This document shows positions 47,900 to 56,903 of a stretch of 58,647 nucleotides of DNA, in pieces. Below the pieces are notes generated by a model. It was not told the origin of the DNA and did not search any database. It saw nothing but the letters and a program-made list of their open reading frames with translations. How positions within the stretch are numbered: the first letter of the stretch is position 1; each line of letters opens with the position of its first letter. Origin of the DNA: a virus (lineage: Duplodnaviria > Caudoviricetes); the IMG/VR virus record IMGVR_UViG_3300046170_000213, positions 1-58,647 of that record; one strand, written 5' to 3'. The position numbers were made by a program, and so were the translations under genes.

Positions 47900-48567
47900 T
47901 TTTATAATATTCGTCTACTCTACGTAAAAATTCATGCATATACCCCTGAAATTCCTCATCATGCACCTCAAACTTCTGAAAAAAACAATCCTTGCTACAC
48001 ATTAGAATGATTCCAGATTGTATCTTGGTGTCATATACTTGATTGTGGGCCATTGCATACGCCGCCAGCTGAGTAAAGTAGTCATCAATCCATTCTCTTT
48101 GTTTTGGTTTATTAGTTTGCTTGAAGTCAATAATTGCCTCTCTACCGCCATACATTCCTACAACATCTGTTGCACCTGCATACAGTCCAGGATAGTATAA
48201 TGTAACTTCACTACCCCACACTTCTCCCAGGTCCCCGAGTCCTTTTTCTATAACCACATTAGCCATTCGTTCTGCTTCACGACCAATAGACGTTAAGTCC
48301 AAATGATTCTCTCCAAGAATGTACCCTTCCAAATACGTGTGCATTGCTGTGCCTCTCATGGCACTCACATCACGAATCCGGTCAGCTTGCTGGGTACCTA
48401 CCCGCTTCTTCCACTCTTCCAATTTAGCCTTCTTCTCTGGACTCTGAGTCGCTGATAATATAGTCGTCACACGATGGCAACTTCTGTCCTGTAATCTCGT
48501 AATGTCTTTTACCTTCTATCGATGATCTAATCGATGCAGGGTATTCAAATTTTTTATTCCACTTCAT
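47835..48567 (-). CDS. PD-(D/E)XK exonuclease (MGME1/Cas4-like; frameshift ~48470)
   Basis: RHYEI..LPS[V]TTILS..RGTAMH..YAGATD..IIDFKQ..QLAAYA. Confidence 0.85.
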
Positions 48568-49088
48568 CTTAGTCCTTTCTCCTTTGCTACTTTTAATACA
48601 TTTTCCATCAACTCTAATGTTGCATGATGTTTTTTATCATTACAACCACTACAACAGAAAGCCAAATTATTAACTTGATAAGTTTTATTATTATCAATTC
48701 GATCAATAGAAAAATTAGTTTGATGCTTTACACGTTTCCCGGTCCCAATTGTACGTTTATAGGTCCATAAATTTTCGCAATAAATACAAAGGTTTCCGTC
48801 ACTTTCTGGATATTTATTTTTCATAGCCAACCTATGCTTTTCTAATTCATTCCAAATCTCAGCCTTAGTTATAGCAGGCCATAGTCCTCGTTTTTTACAC
48901 GATGATGGTTTGAACGCAGCAGCTATACAATTAGTAATATAACCATGCTCTGAATTACCGTAAGACATATTATGTGCTAACTTAACTGCCCTACCATGAT
49001 CAGAGTCATTGTATTTTTTCTGTCTTAGTCGTTCTTTCTTTTTAAACTCTAGGTCGTTTTGATACTTATCTTTATAGTTCCAAACCAT
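48564..49088 (-). CDS. HNH-type (His-Me finger) endonuclease
   Basis: CIYC..SIDRIDNNKTY..NLAFCCSGCN. Confidence 0.75.
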   Translation of the reverse strand: MVWNYKDKYQNDLEFKKKERLRQKKYNDSDHGRAVKLAHNMSYGNSEHGYITNCIAAAFKPSSCKKRGLWPAITKAEIWNELEKHRLAMKNKYPESDGNLCIYCENLWTYKRTIGTGKRVKHQTNFSIDRIDNNKTYQVNNLAFCCSGCNDKKHHATLELMENVLKVAKEKGLR

Positions 49089-49221
49089 TTTTTCGATACC
49101 CTGTTCCCCGTTTCCGGTCGCCCCAACGTTTCTGCCAGGACCACACATTTAGTTTACTACTGTATTTTTCCAGGAGACTTATTCCATAATCGGTACCAAT
49201 CAAGGTCCACAATTTCAGCAT
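49072..49221 (-). CDS. Possible small Trp-rich protein
   Basis: MLKLW..SKLNVWSWQKRWGDRKRGTGY..*, an overlapping frame between the two nucleases. Confidence 0.35.
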   Translation of the reverse strand: MLKLWTLIGTDYGISLLEKYSSKLNVWSWQKRWGDRKRGTGYRKNGLEL

Positions 49222-49609
49222 CTCCTTCCAATTTCTGTGTCGCATAATGTTCTATTACTTGTTGAATTTTAGGTAACTTCGTGTGCGCGTAGGGCCACAA
49301 TAACCTGCAGACATAGTACGCATCTCTGAATGTACAACGCCATCGGTATTGTTTCAAGTATTTAGTACCATCAACTCTTAAACCTTTTCTAGGTTTATCA
49401 TTTAAAGTACCAACACCTAACACCTCGTGGACCCACATCAAAACAGATTGATCGGTCATCGTTATCTCCATTGATAGTCTTAAACTATTAGAGATTCGAT
49501 AACCATTACCCTTGTGTTTCTTTTTCTTCTCCGGTCCACGTTTAAAGTGTATTGAACCTTCGCCATCAAATAGCCCTGCGATATACGCAATATCTTCAGA
49601 GCTAATCAT
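49157..49609 (-). CDS. LAGLIDADG homing-endonuclease-like protein
   Basis: IAYIAGLFDGEGSI single motif..LWPYAHTK. Confidence 0.8.
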   Translation of the reverse strand: MISSEDIAYIAGLFDGEGSIHFKRGPEKKKKHKGNGYRISNSLRLSMEITMTDQSVLMWVHEVLGVGTLNDKPRKGLRVDGTKYLKQYRWRCTFRDAYYVCRLLWPYAHTKLPKIQQVIEHYATQKLEGDAEIVDLDWYRLWNKSPGKIQ

Positions 49610-49829
49610 TCGCTAGTCTTTTCTCATATGGAGCACTGTCTCTTAGTCTATTTCTAAACTTTTCAACTTCGTCCTCTTTCCATGCAGTTGCTTCTTTTAA
49701 TTCAGACTCTAACTTTTTAATCTGAGCACCTGCACGTTTACATGTGTCTTGTAAGAATTTAATTTTACCCTCAAGAAGTTCTTGATTCTCTTTTAAATTC
49801 TTAATTTGACTTTCCTTGTTTATCAGCAT
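49602..49829 (-). CDS. Coiled-coil hypothetical protein
   Basis: 75 aa ORF, GAGG RBS. Confidence 0.6.
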   Translation of the reverse strand: MLINKESQIKNLKENQELLEGKIKFLQDTCKRAGAQIKKLESELKEATAWKEDEVEKFRNRLRDSAPYEKRLAND

Positions 49830-49986
49830 CTTCGTTATCCTCCTCTATTTCACCTTGAGAGTTGCACATACTACATTGCACAACAATTTGCTGTTCTTTA
49901 CTTGGCCACGCTACTTCCTTAACTACTTTTATATATCCGTTACCTTTGCAACGTGGGCAAATTTTAGTTTTTTTCGAGTTTTCCAT
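49801..49986 (-). CDS. DnaJ-type zinc-finger protein
   Basis: CPRCKGNG..CSMCNSQG. Confidence 0.75.
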   Translation of the reverse strand: MENSKKTKICPRCKGNGYIKVVKEVAWPSKEQQIVVQCSMCNSQGEIEEDNEDADKQGKSN

Positions 49987-50137
49987 TTAGTCTCTTAGCT
50001 TTCTCATTTACTAACAATGTTATTGTCTGAGAACGACTTATAGTCATCTCAGGAATCATAACTTTTCTTATCTTATCTATTTTATTATATGTATCTTTTG
50101 GTAGTGATACATTTTTATATTTGCTTATGTCTGTCAT
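49964..50137 (-). CDS. Putative ribbon-helix-helix DNA-binding protein (57 aa)
   Basis: MTDISKYKNVSLPKDTYNKIDKIRK..ISRSQTITLLV; AAGGAG RBS. Confidence 0.65.
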   Translation of the reverse strand: MTDISKYKNVSLPKDTYNKIDKIRKVMIPEMTISRSQTITLLVNEKAKRLNGKLEKN

Positions 50138-50204
50138 AAATCTTATACTCCTTTCTTAGATTTAACTAATATAGGATATATCTCATAATATACAATAGGT
50201 GTCA

Positions 50205-50441
50205 ATGAAATTTTTATTAACAGTTTACATTTGTTCTGCAATGAGCGGAGAATGTTATACCAACGAACAATATCCAAAAATATTTCCAGACCATCACGAC
50301 TGCATAAGAGCAGGTCTAACTGAGTCTTATGAGATTATATATGCTGAAGGTAATTTCACTAAAGAACAAATAAATAAATTACAATTGTATGCTAAGTACA
50401 CATGTATGCCCGTCGAAGACAAAGGTAAATTAGTTACATAA
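50205..50441 (+). CDS. Hypothetical Cys-containing protein
   Basis: MKFLLTVYICSAMSGEC..DC..YTC. Confidence 0.7.
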   Translation: MKFLLTVYICSAMSGECYTNEQYPKIFPDHHDCIRAGLTESYEIIYAEGNFTKEQINKLQLYAKYTCMPVEDKGKLVT

Positions 50442-50451
50442 TTCATATCAA

Positions 50452-50676
50452 CCCCCCTGGTTTCCGTGCACGTACTCCCAGGAGAGCAAAGGCTCCACAC
50501 CTAACCTCATTTTATTGCGAGGATCAACGGTTGTCGTACAGAGGCTAGCGCGAGGCGTTACATGGACGCAGGTCCTTTTCATCATCGTTGTGGCTCCCGG
50601 TAGGTCTCACCCGAGATTATTCCTAACGCATCCTACTGCGCCTATTCCCTAAGGACTACAAAGACCAATGGGCCAC
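50452..50676 (-). ncRNA. Candidate structured ncRNA(s)
   Basis: GC-rich non-coding 225 nt between convergent genes; several stems; AGUA/GAA motif capped by CGUGCACG. Confidence 0.5.
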
Positions 50677-50882
50677 TAATTTTGTATACAGCCATAAAAG
50701 ATTCCACTTCCATCTCTCATAACATGTTTGTTCATGTGGTCGAGATAAGTTGTTAACTTATTTCTCAACGCATCACATAGACTAAAGAGATCAACCTCAC
50801 CCACTACATCTATATTTGATACCATTTGTTTTGTAACTGGTATCAGTTGATAAAAACCATCACTTAGAATTATCAGTTCCAT
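50676..50882 (-). CDS. Hypothetical protein
   Basis: 68 aa ORF. Confidence 0.65.
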   Translation of the reverse strand: MELIILSDGFYQLIPVTKQMVSNIDVVGEVDLFSLCDALRNKLTTYLDHMNKHVMRDGSGIFYGCIQN

Positions 50883-51051
50883 ATCGTCTTGTTCCCCAAT
50901 CTATTATTTTTTTTAGACCTGGTGCAGATACTTCTACATCTACTCCATAAGGTTTCCATGCTCTTTTCATTAAATTTAATTCTAATAAAAAGATAGACCA
51001 TTGTTTCTGGTTTATATTCTTTGGTGTTATTGTTATTATTTTTTCTTTCAT
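50860..51051 (-). CDS. Hypothetical protein
   Basis: 63 aa; promoter directly upstream. Confidence 0.7.
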   Translation of the reverse strand: MKEKIITITPKNINQKQWSIFLLELNLMKRAWKPYGVDVEVSAPGLKKIIDWGTRRYGTDNSK

Positions 51052-51057
51052 GAAACC

Positions 51058-51085
51058 AATATAGGATTTTATATTAGTTTGTCAA
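51058..51085 (-). promoter_or_regulatory. sigma70-type promoter (leaderless)
   Basis: TTGACA-16-TATATT-6-ATG. Confidence 0.6.
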
Positions 51086-51219
51086 CCCTTTCCTTGGCCC
51101 TTATATCTCGTCTGTTTTTGCTGCCTCTTCTCGTTTTTATTTTTATTTTTTTTGTGCTGACGAGGTCCACGTTTTCTAGGTTTGTCACGTGTCTCGAACG
51201 ATTTAAACTTTTTCGCCAT
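51082..51219 (-). CDS. Small basic peptide (YxGQG C-terminus)
   Basis: MAKKFKSFETRDKPRKRGPRQHKKNKNK..RYKGQGKG*. Confidence 0.7.
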   Translation of the reverse strand: MAKKFKSFETRDKPRKRGPRQHKKNKNKNEKRQQKQTRYKGQGKG

Positions 51220-51418
51220 CTTTCCATTCCTTTACATAAGGATCTGCATTTTTTGGTTTTACGATATGAGGTAGGTAAGTTATCTTACCATTGACATGTT
51301 GTTCTAGATCAGAACCACAATTTAAACATCTGTAAACTTCACTACTTAATCCAACTAACATAGTAATCTCATCACATGTTGGACATTTACCATTTACAAT
51401 CTCTGCTGATACTTTCAT
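51203..51418 (-). CDS. Zinc-ribbon protein
   Basis: CPTC..CLNC. Confidence 0.7.
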   Translation of the reverse strand: MKVSAEIVNGKCPTCDEITMLVGLSSEVYRCLNCGSDLEQHVNGKITYLPHIVKPKNADPYVKEWKDGEKV

Positions 51419-51633
51419 TACTCCAATATTAACTTCTTTATCGATAAAGATCCATCAATATTTTTTTCAAGCTCGGCCATCGACTTGATGCAAGTGTAAT
51501 TTATGTTATTATTTTTATTAGTTCTCATTGCGACACGTTTGCCTTTTAAACAATCGGACATCGACTCTTGTATTCTGTGTTCCTTAATCTCTCCGTTGAC
51601 AATCATAAGTAGAGCTATTATTATTTCTGTCAT
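51418..51633 (-). CDS. Hypothetical protein
   Basis: 71 aa; SMSDCLKGKR. Confidence 0.7.
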   Translation of the reverse strand: MTEIIIALLMIVNGEIKEHRIQESMSDCLKGKRVAMRTNKNNNINYTCIKSMAELEKNIDGSLSIKKLILE

Positions 51634-51800
51634 AAAATCTTACCTTTGTTTTCACCTTGCTTTACAACATACTTTTGTGTACCGTTCTTGCCGGTTTCTA
51701 CTTCTTTTCTTAAATCTTTTTGTAAACGTTTGTCGATGAAAGTTCTTTTCATCTCATAGATATAATCTAAAATTTTTCTACTAATGCGTCCCGTTACCAT
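51630..51800 (-). CDS. Hypothetical protein (56 aa)
   Basis: MVTGRISRKILDY..KQGENKGKIL*; ATGA overlap with the next gene. Confidence 0.6.
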   Translation of the reverse strand: MVTGRISRKILDYIYEMKRTFIDKRLQKDLRKEVETGKNGTQKYVVKQGENKGKIL

Positions 51801-52161
51801 TTGCTCTGACCTTATCTTTTAAATCTTCTATATCAACTAATGCTTTGTCTAACTGTTCCCTTAAAAATTCTATGTTAACTTTGTTAGTCATGTTCATCTC
51901 CTGAGTCTCTTCCATTTTCTCGACGGACTTGTACAAATCCTCAATTAAAAAATGTTGCTCTTGATCTGTAGGAACTTGTTCAGATTTTTTTAATAAATCA
52001 TTTTCAAACAACTCACGTGATGTCTCTAACGATACCAACCTCGCAGTCAGCTCCGTATAAGCGAACACGCCCATTGCGACGAGCACGATCAGGCTAGCTA
52101 CCGTCTTCATCGGCATCTGCACGCGTGCCTCTTCTCCGATATTGAGTGGTTTATTGGACAC
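51781..52161 (-). CDS. TM + coiled-coil protein
   Basis: GTG start with GGAGG; one TM helix then coiled coil. Confidence 0.7.
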   Translation of the reverse strand: MSNKPLNIGEEARVQMPMKTVASLIVLVAMGVFAYTELTARLVSLETSRELFENDLLKKSEQVPTDQEQHFLIEDLYKSVEKMEETQEMNMTNKVNIEFLREQLDKALVDIEDLKDKVRANGNGTH

Positions 52162-52243
52162 CAGGACCTCCACATACGGCCAATACAACTAGCATTACTA
52201 TTAACAAACCTGTAGCGTAATAGTTCATCCCGGCTATCTCCAT
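52151..52243 (-). CDS. Small membrane peptide
   Basis: (MEIAG)MNYYATGLLIVMLVVLAVCGGPGVQ*. Confidence 0.5.
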   Translation of the reverse strand: MEIAGMNYYATGLLIVMLVVLAVCGGPGVQ

Positions 52244-52247
52244 AATT

Positions 52248-52370
52248 CTATTTTATTACGTAAGCAACAATAAGAACTGCAATAATTATAGTACAGACTT
52301 TATGGTTTTTCCATACTTCTCTATACTTAGATCTTTTACTTTGCCATATATTTTTAATTTTATTTATCAT
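52248..52370 (-). CDS. Small membrane peptide (40 aa)
   Basis: MINKIKNIW..CTIIIAVLIVAYVIK*; ATGA overlap. Confidence 0.55.
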   Translation of the reverse strand: MINKIKNIWQSKRSKYREVWKNHKVCTIIIAVLIVAYVIK

Positions 52371-53014
52371 TTTTTCTTCTCCTCTATTTCATAAAAGAAC
52401 TTGTCGGTATCTTCTGTCCGCCATGCTCTACTATCTTCTACATTCCACTCAGAAGTTTGCACTTTCCAGTCAGGGATATTATCTTTTACAGTAAAAGAAG
52501 GTATGTCCCATATACATCTATTGTTAGGTTGTGCTGCAAAATTACCATCATCTAAGGCAATTATGTGAGCGCACTTATGTTCGTGCGGTATTTCTGAATG
52601 ATCAGTGTCAAGTATATTAGACTCTGGGTGTGCAAAGTCAACAGTAAATAAGTATTTACCTGGGTGCCATTTCTTGTCTTTTCCTATATACTTACCGGCT
52701 TGTCCGTCTAAAATATCCCAACGATTAACAGCAGGATAATAACTAAAACAATTCCAGAGCTGTAGTTCATCAAGTCGTCTTGCGGGCACTCCATGTGCCT
52801 CAAATCCCTTTTGAATAAACGCGCTAATTGGTAAGCGATAAAATATTGCACCGTTTTCCATAATAGCATGGAAGAGTATACTACGACCTGTAAGAGCGCT
52901 AAGACCAAAGATAATGCAGTCTTCAACTTCTCCATGATGTTTTTTAAGATCATATAAATATTCTCTTCTTATTTGTGCATAAGTTGCTGGTATGTTTGCG
53001 TTTAAATATGCCAT
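52367..53014 (-). CDS. Conserved hypothetical phage protein
   Basis: MAYLNANIP..RLPISAF..LQLWNCFSY..EHKCAH..QPNNR. Confidence 0.8.
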   Translation of the reverse strand: MAYLNANIPATYAQIRREYLYDLKKHHGEVEDCIIFGLSALTGRSILFHAIMENGAIFYRLPISAFIQKGFEAHGVPARRLDELQLWNCFSYYPAVNRWDILDGQAGKYIGKDKKWHPGKYLFTVDFAHPESNILDTDHSEIPHEHKCAHIIALDDGNFAAQPNNRCIWDIPSFTVKDNIPDWKVQTSEWNVEDSRAWRTEDTDKFFYEIEEKKK

Positions 53015-53016
53015 AA

Positions 53017-54873
53017 TTAACCATGTATTTCACCCCAGTTATCACCATACTCATAGTCAACTTTGTTAGGGACCTCTAGTGTAACAGCGTGTTCCATAAT
53101 TTCAACAATCTTTTTAGCATGTGCTTCATCTTGAACAGATATATCTAGCTCATCATGTACTTGTATGTGAGGTATAATTCCTTCTTTGTATAATTCCAAC
53201 ATTGCTTTCTTGGTCATGTCAGCAGCCTGAACCCTGATTAATTTGTTAAGAGCCTTGTATGTATAAGCTCTTTTTATCCCCGGTCCATGTTCCGCCAACG
53301 CATCTTCATGAGTCATAGCTTTGTGCATACCGAAACTGTTAGGTTCCCATAAGTGAAACCTGCATAGTCGTCCCAGCAATGTACGGATTTGTCCACGATC
53401 TTGTGCTCTATTTGATGCCTTGTCCATAAGTTGTTTTACGAATGGTACACGTGAATGGTATGTATTAAATAGGTCAGCAGCTTTGTCCTTTGTTACCCCT
53501 AATTCTGCCTGTAATTTACCTTTACCCATACCATAGAAAAGACCCAAATTGATCGTTTTAGCCTGTGTTCTAGGTATGTCAGCCATATCTGCTACGGTCT
53601 GGTGAAAGTCTGCGCTAGAGTCGTTTGTATAAGCATCTATTACATCATATACAGATGGTAATTTGTATAAAGAAGCATAATGCACTACCAACCTAGGCTC
53701 TTGCTGAGAATAGTCAAAACAACCCCATGTATGGCCCTCCTCGGGTATAAATAATGACCTTATCTTAGGTCCAAGGTCTTTGTTTCGTGCAGGAATCTGC
53801 TGAAGGTTAGGGTTCTGATAAGAGAACCTACCAGTAACCGTACCACCTCCAGCATTCCTTAACTGATTTATCTCTGCATGTATTCTACCATTATGCTCGT
53901 AGCTTATAATAGAATCTAAAAAAGTTGTGTGTGCTTTGTTTATCTCTCTTGCTTGTGCAATCATATTAACAACAGGGTGCTCGTGTTCTTGTAAAAAATT
54001 TTTTGTAAAAGAAGGTGCCTCTGTTTTATCTGTTCTTGGATACTCTAATCTCAACATATCAAAAACTTCTGCAACAGATCTTGCTGCCCATATTTGAGTA
54101 TCAATATTTGTCTCGCCTTTTATCTTATGTAATAGGTCCTGTTCTGCTTTCTTAAATTCTTTTTTCATTTTGTGTGCACGTTCTACATCTACTCGTACAC
54201 CTTTGAATCTCATGTCAACAAGACATGGAAACAAATCAGACTCCAGGTCAAATATATCTTCTAAGTCCTGGTTAATAATTTCTTTTTTCATCTCTTGCCA
54301 AAGACCAAGGGTTACTTCAGCATCACGTTCAGCGTACGCACCAACATGCATTGATGGTAGTTTGTACATTTCTGATTTAGGATTGATTCCCCATTCTGCT
54401 GCAGCTTCTGCAAGTGCAGATTCGTTTTTACCATAACCAAGATAGTGCCATGATAAACTATTTAAATCGTATCTAAATCTATTTTCATTAGTCACAGCTG
54501 CCGCTATCATTGTGCAGGCTATGTTACCATTTATTTTGAAACCTAATGCTCTTAACCAACAAACATCATAGATAGCATTGTGAAAAACTTTTGTTGATGG
54601 TGCCTCTAATACATCTTTAAGCCAAGACAAAACTTTAGCTCTGTCCATATTACCACCACCTTCGTGAGCAATTGGAAAGTAGCCTTTGTAATGACTGGTT
54701 GCAACTGCAATACCTATAACATCACCATTACCAATAACAGAACCAGATCCTTTTTTAATTAGGTCAGGGTCTTTTGTCTCTAAGTCAATTGCTATTTCAT
54801 CTACATGACGTAGGTCAGGAAATTCTGTAGGCTTTAACCATTCGGTAGGCGCTTCAAATCTAGGTATCTTCAT
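53017..54873 (-). CDS. polA: DNA polymerase family A with 3'-5' exonuclease
   Basis: IDLET, HNAIYD, YAERD exonuclease motifs; TGRFS..PNLQQIP, DYSQQEPR, KTINLGLFYG, VHDEL. Confidence 0.95.
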   Translation of the reverse strand: MKIPRFEAPTEWLKPTEFPDLRHVDEIAIDLETKDPDLIKKGSGSVIGNGDVIGIAVATSHYKGYFPIAHEGGGNMDRAKVLSWLKDVLEAPSTKVFHNAIYDVCWLRALGFKINGNIACTMIAAAVTNENRFRYDLNSLSWHYLGYGKNESALAEAAAEWGINPKSEMYKLPSMHVGAYAERDAEVTLGLWQEMKKEIINQDLEDIFDLESDLFPCLVDMRFKGVRVDVERAHKMKKEFKKAEQDLLHKIKGETNIDTQIWAARSVAEVFDMLRLEYPRTDKTEAPSFTKNFLQEHEHPVVNMIAQAREINKAHTTFLDSIISYEHNGRIHAEINQLRNAGGGTVTGRFSYQNPNLQQIPARNKDLGPKIRSLFIPEEGHTWGCFDYSQQEPRLVVHYASLYKLPSVYDVIDAYTNDSSADFHQTVADMADIPRTQAKTINLGLFYGMGKGKLQAELGVTKDKAADLFNTYHSRVPFVKQLMDKASNRAQDRGQIRTLLGRLCRFHLWEPNSFGMHKAMTHEDALAEHGPGIKRAYTYKALNKLIRVQAADMTKKAMLELYKEGIIPHIQVHDELDISVQDEAHAKKIVEIMEHAVTLEVPNKVDYEYGDNWGEIHG

Positions 54874-55025
54874 TCGTCCTCTTCCTCTCTTTGTTTCTTT
54901 TCTTCTTCAAAACCTTCCATTAGTTCTTCATGTAAAGTTTTTTCTTTTTTAAATATTTCATCAAAACGTTTACGATAAGTATCGTTAGAAGGTCTTGATC
55001 TACCGTCAAACTTTTCTTTTTTCAT
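54870..55025 (-). CDS. Hypothetical protein (51 aa)
   Basis: MKKEKFDGRSRPSNDTYRKRFDEIF..; ATGA overlap with polA. Confidence 0.65.
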   Translation of the reverse strand: MKKEKFDGRSRPSNDTYRKRFDEIFKKEKTLHEELMEGFEEEKKQREEEDE

Positions 55026-55203
55026 AAATATATTTATCTTCTATTAATTTATTTAATTCTTCTTTATTTGAAAAAGCATACAAAGCAGCATGGTGATCTT
55101 TTGGAAATATTTCCCAACTAACTAGCCTTGGATAAATTTCTAAATCAAATTTATATTTCTTATCTACTACAATACTTTTATTTATTTTTGATTTTTTTGG
55201 CAT
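55006..55203 (-). CDS. Hypothetical protein
   Basis: 65 aa ORF. Confidence 0.65.
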   Translation of the reverse strand: MPKKSKINKSIVVDKKYKFDLEIYPRLVSWEIFPKDHHAALYAFSNKEELNKLIEDKYIYEKRKV

Positions 55204-55432
55204 CTTTCATCTTTTTAATTTCTAGTTCACAATAGTGTTTGATCTTCTCTAAATCTTCTATACCATTCTTGTGTAAATATCTACAAACATATTTCACAAC
55301 ACAACCCTGAAAGAATGATAAATTATTTTTTGAAATAAATTCATAGGGTTGAATATAAAAATTTTTATAATGAGATCCTCCAATTTGTTTGTCTTGTGGA
55401 AACGCTTCATTAAATAAGTCCTTCGATGTCAT
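55178..55432 (-). CDS. DUF3310 / T7 gp1.7-like nucleotide kinase
   Basis: QIGGSHY..IQP..KYVCRY..KNGIEDLEK. Confidence 0.85.
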   Translation of the reverse strand: MTSKDLFNEAFPQDKQIGGSHYKNFYIQPYEFISKNNLSFFQGCVVKYVCRYLHKNGIEDLEKIKHYCELEIKKMKDAKKIKNK

Positions 55433-56903
55433 AACCTTGATCCTCCTTTTTTGCTGACATTACATAAAGATTTTGTTTTGTACGTGTTACTCCAACGTAC
55501 CAAACTCTATGTTCTTCGTCTTGTTTGTCCGGACTCTTTTCTACAGAGTCTCGAATTGTTTTAGTATTATCTAACATTAACAATACATTGTCAGCTTCTC
55601 CACCTTTTGCTGAATGTATTGTAGATAATTTTACTCTAGGGGGTTTATTTAATTCTTCCCCATTACTTAACATTTCTCTTATGTATAAACATTCTTCATA
55701 GTCTGATTGAAATACATCGTACCATGGTGTATCTTTACTGAATCCAAATTCAGTTAAATCATACATTCTCTCTTCTTTAATTTCTGTATCTGTTCCAGTG
55801 TATTCAAATATATCTTTTACTTCTGCTAGAGATAAGTCATCTCCTTTGGTCCAACGTGTATAGTTTAGAATTGTTTTAAACAAAGTTATCTTGTAACTTT
55901 TACGATCTTGAAACTCAAAATAAATACCACGTTCTTTTAGTGTAGGTTTGAGTCTATTTAATTTATCATTGTATCTTGCTAACACTAACCATGTTCCCTG
56001 ATCAAGTGGTGCATCTTCTGTGCTATAGATATAATTTACAGTGCCCTCTTCTTCTCTAGCACTCCAACTCTTTTGTATTCTTCTATCGTCTGGTATCTGT
56101 TTTAAAATATTACCTGCAAGATTTTGTACAAGTTGTGGAACCCTGTAAGATTGTGGCAAAATTATGTCCTTTTTTGAAACTTCTTGTTGAAATTTTTTTA
56201 CATCTGCGCCTGCCCAACCATAAATTGCTTGATCATCATCACCGGCTAGTATAACATATTTGCTATTTTCCTTGATAATATCAAACATTTTCCACTGTAT
56301 AGGTGATAAATCCTGTGCTTCATCTATAAATGCTACATCATATTTTGGACACAATCCGGACACAATAAATTTCTCAATCATATCTGTAAAATCTATCAGA
56401 CCATATGATTGTTTGTAGTTATCTACTTCATCAGAGATTATTTTTAATAATCTTTTATCCATATCCTGTGAGTACATATCTGTATTGTACTCTTCTTCTG
56501 CAGTTATATTTTTTATCCTAGCTGCATTATTAAATTAAAGTATTCGCTATCAGAATTTATAAAACCTGTGTTCTCTTCACCACGAGAATAAACCGTAACC
56601 TCGATACCAAGAGTCCTGCCAATATCTTCATAGTGTTCGTCCTTGCATAACCTGAGCTTTCTTCATACCCAACTGAGTAAATGCTAAAGAATGTAGTGTC
56701 CTAAAATGTTTTAGATCTTTTTTCTGAAACGCTGTGTGGTAGTCTAACATTCTATCGACAGCTTCGTTTGCAGCTTTCTTTGTAAATGCAAAGTATCCTA
56801 TCTTGTCTACAGGTGTACCTAGTTTTAAAAATGTTTTAACATATTTTAATAGTTTAGTTGTCTTCCCCGTTCCCGGAGGCCCGAATAATTTTCTACTGAT
56901 CAT
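55410..56903 (-). CDS. UvrD/Rep-like SF1 helicase (frameshifts ~56640, ~56530)
   Basis: GPPGTGKTT, IDEAQD, GDDDQAIY, STIHSAKGGE, YVGVTR. Confidence 0.9.

Noticed and set aside
49089-49148. N-terminal extension MCGPGRNV.. of the HNH ORF
   Set aside because: Better explained by the overlapping Trp-rich small ORF; a start at 49088 is more plausible
44787-50676. tRNA or tmRNA identity for the GC-rich structured regions
   Set aside because: No T-loop, anticodon arm or CCA end recognisable
52151-52243. o-spanin lipoprotein call
   Set aside because: LAVC is a poor lipobox and only 6 residues follow the Cys
53220-53245. Unusual PolA motif LIRVQAAD instead of IQGSAAD
   Set aside because: Explained by two compensating single-base indels in the sequence
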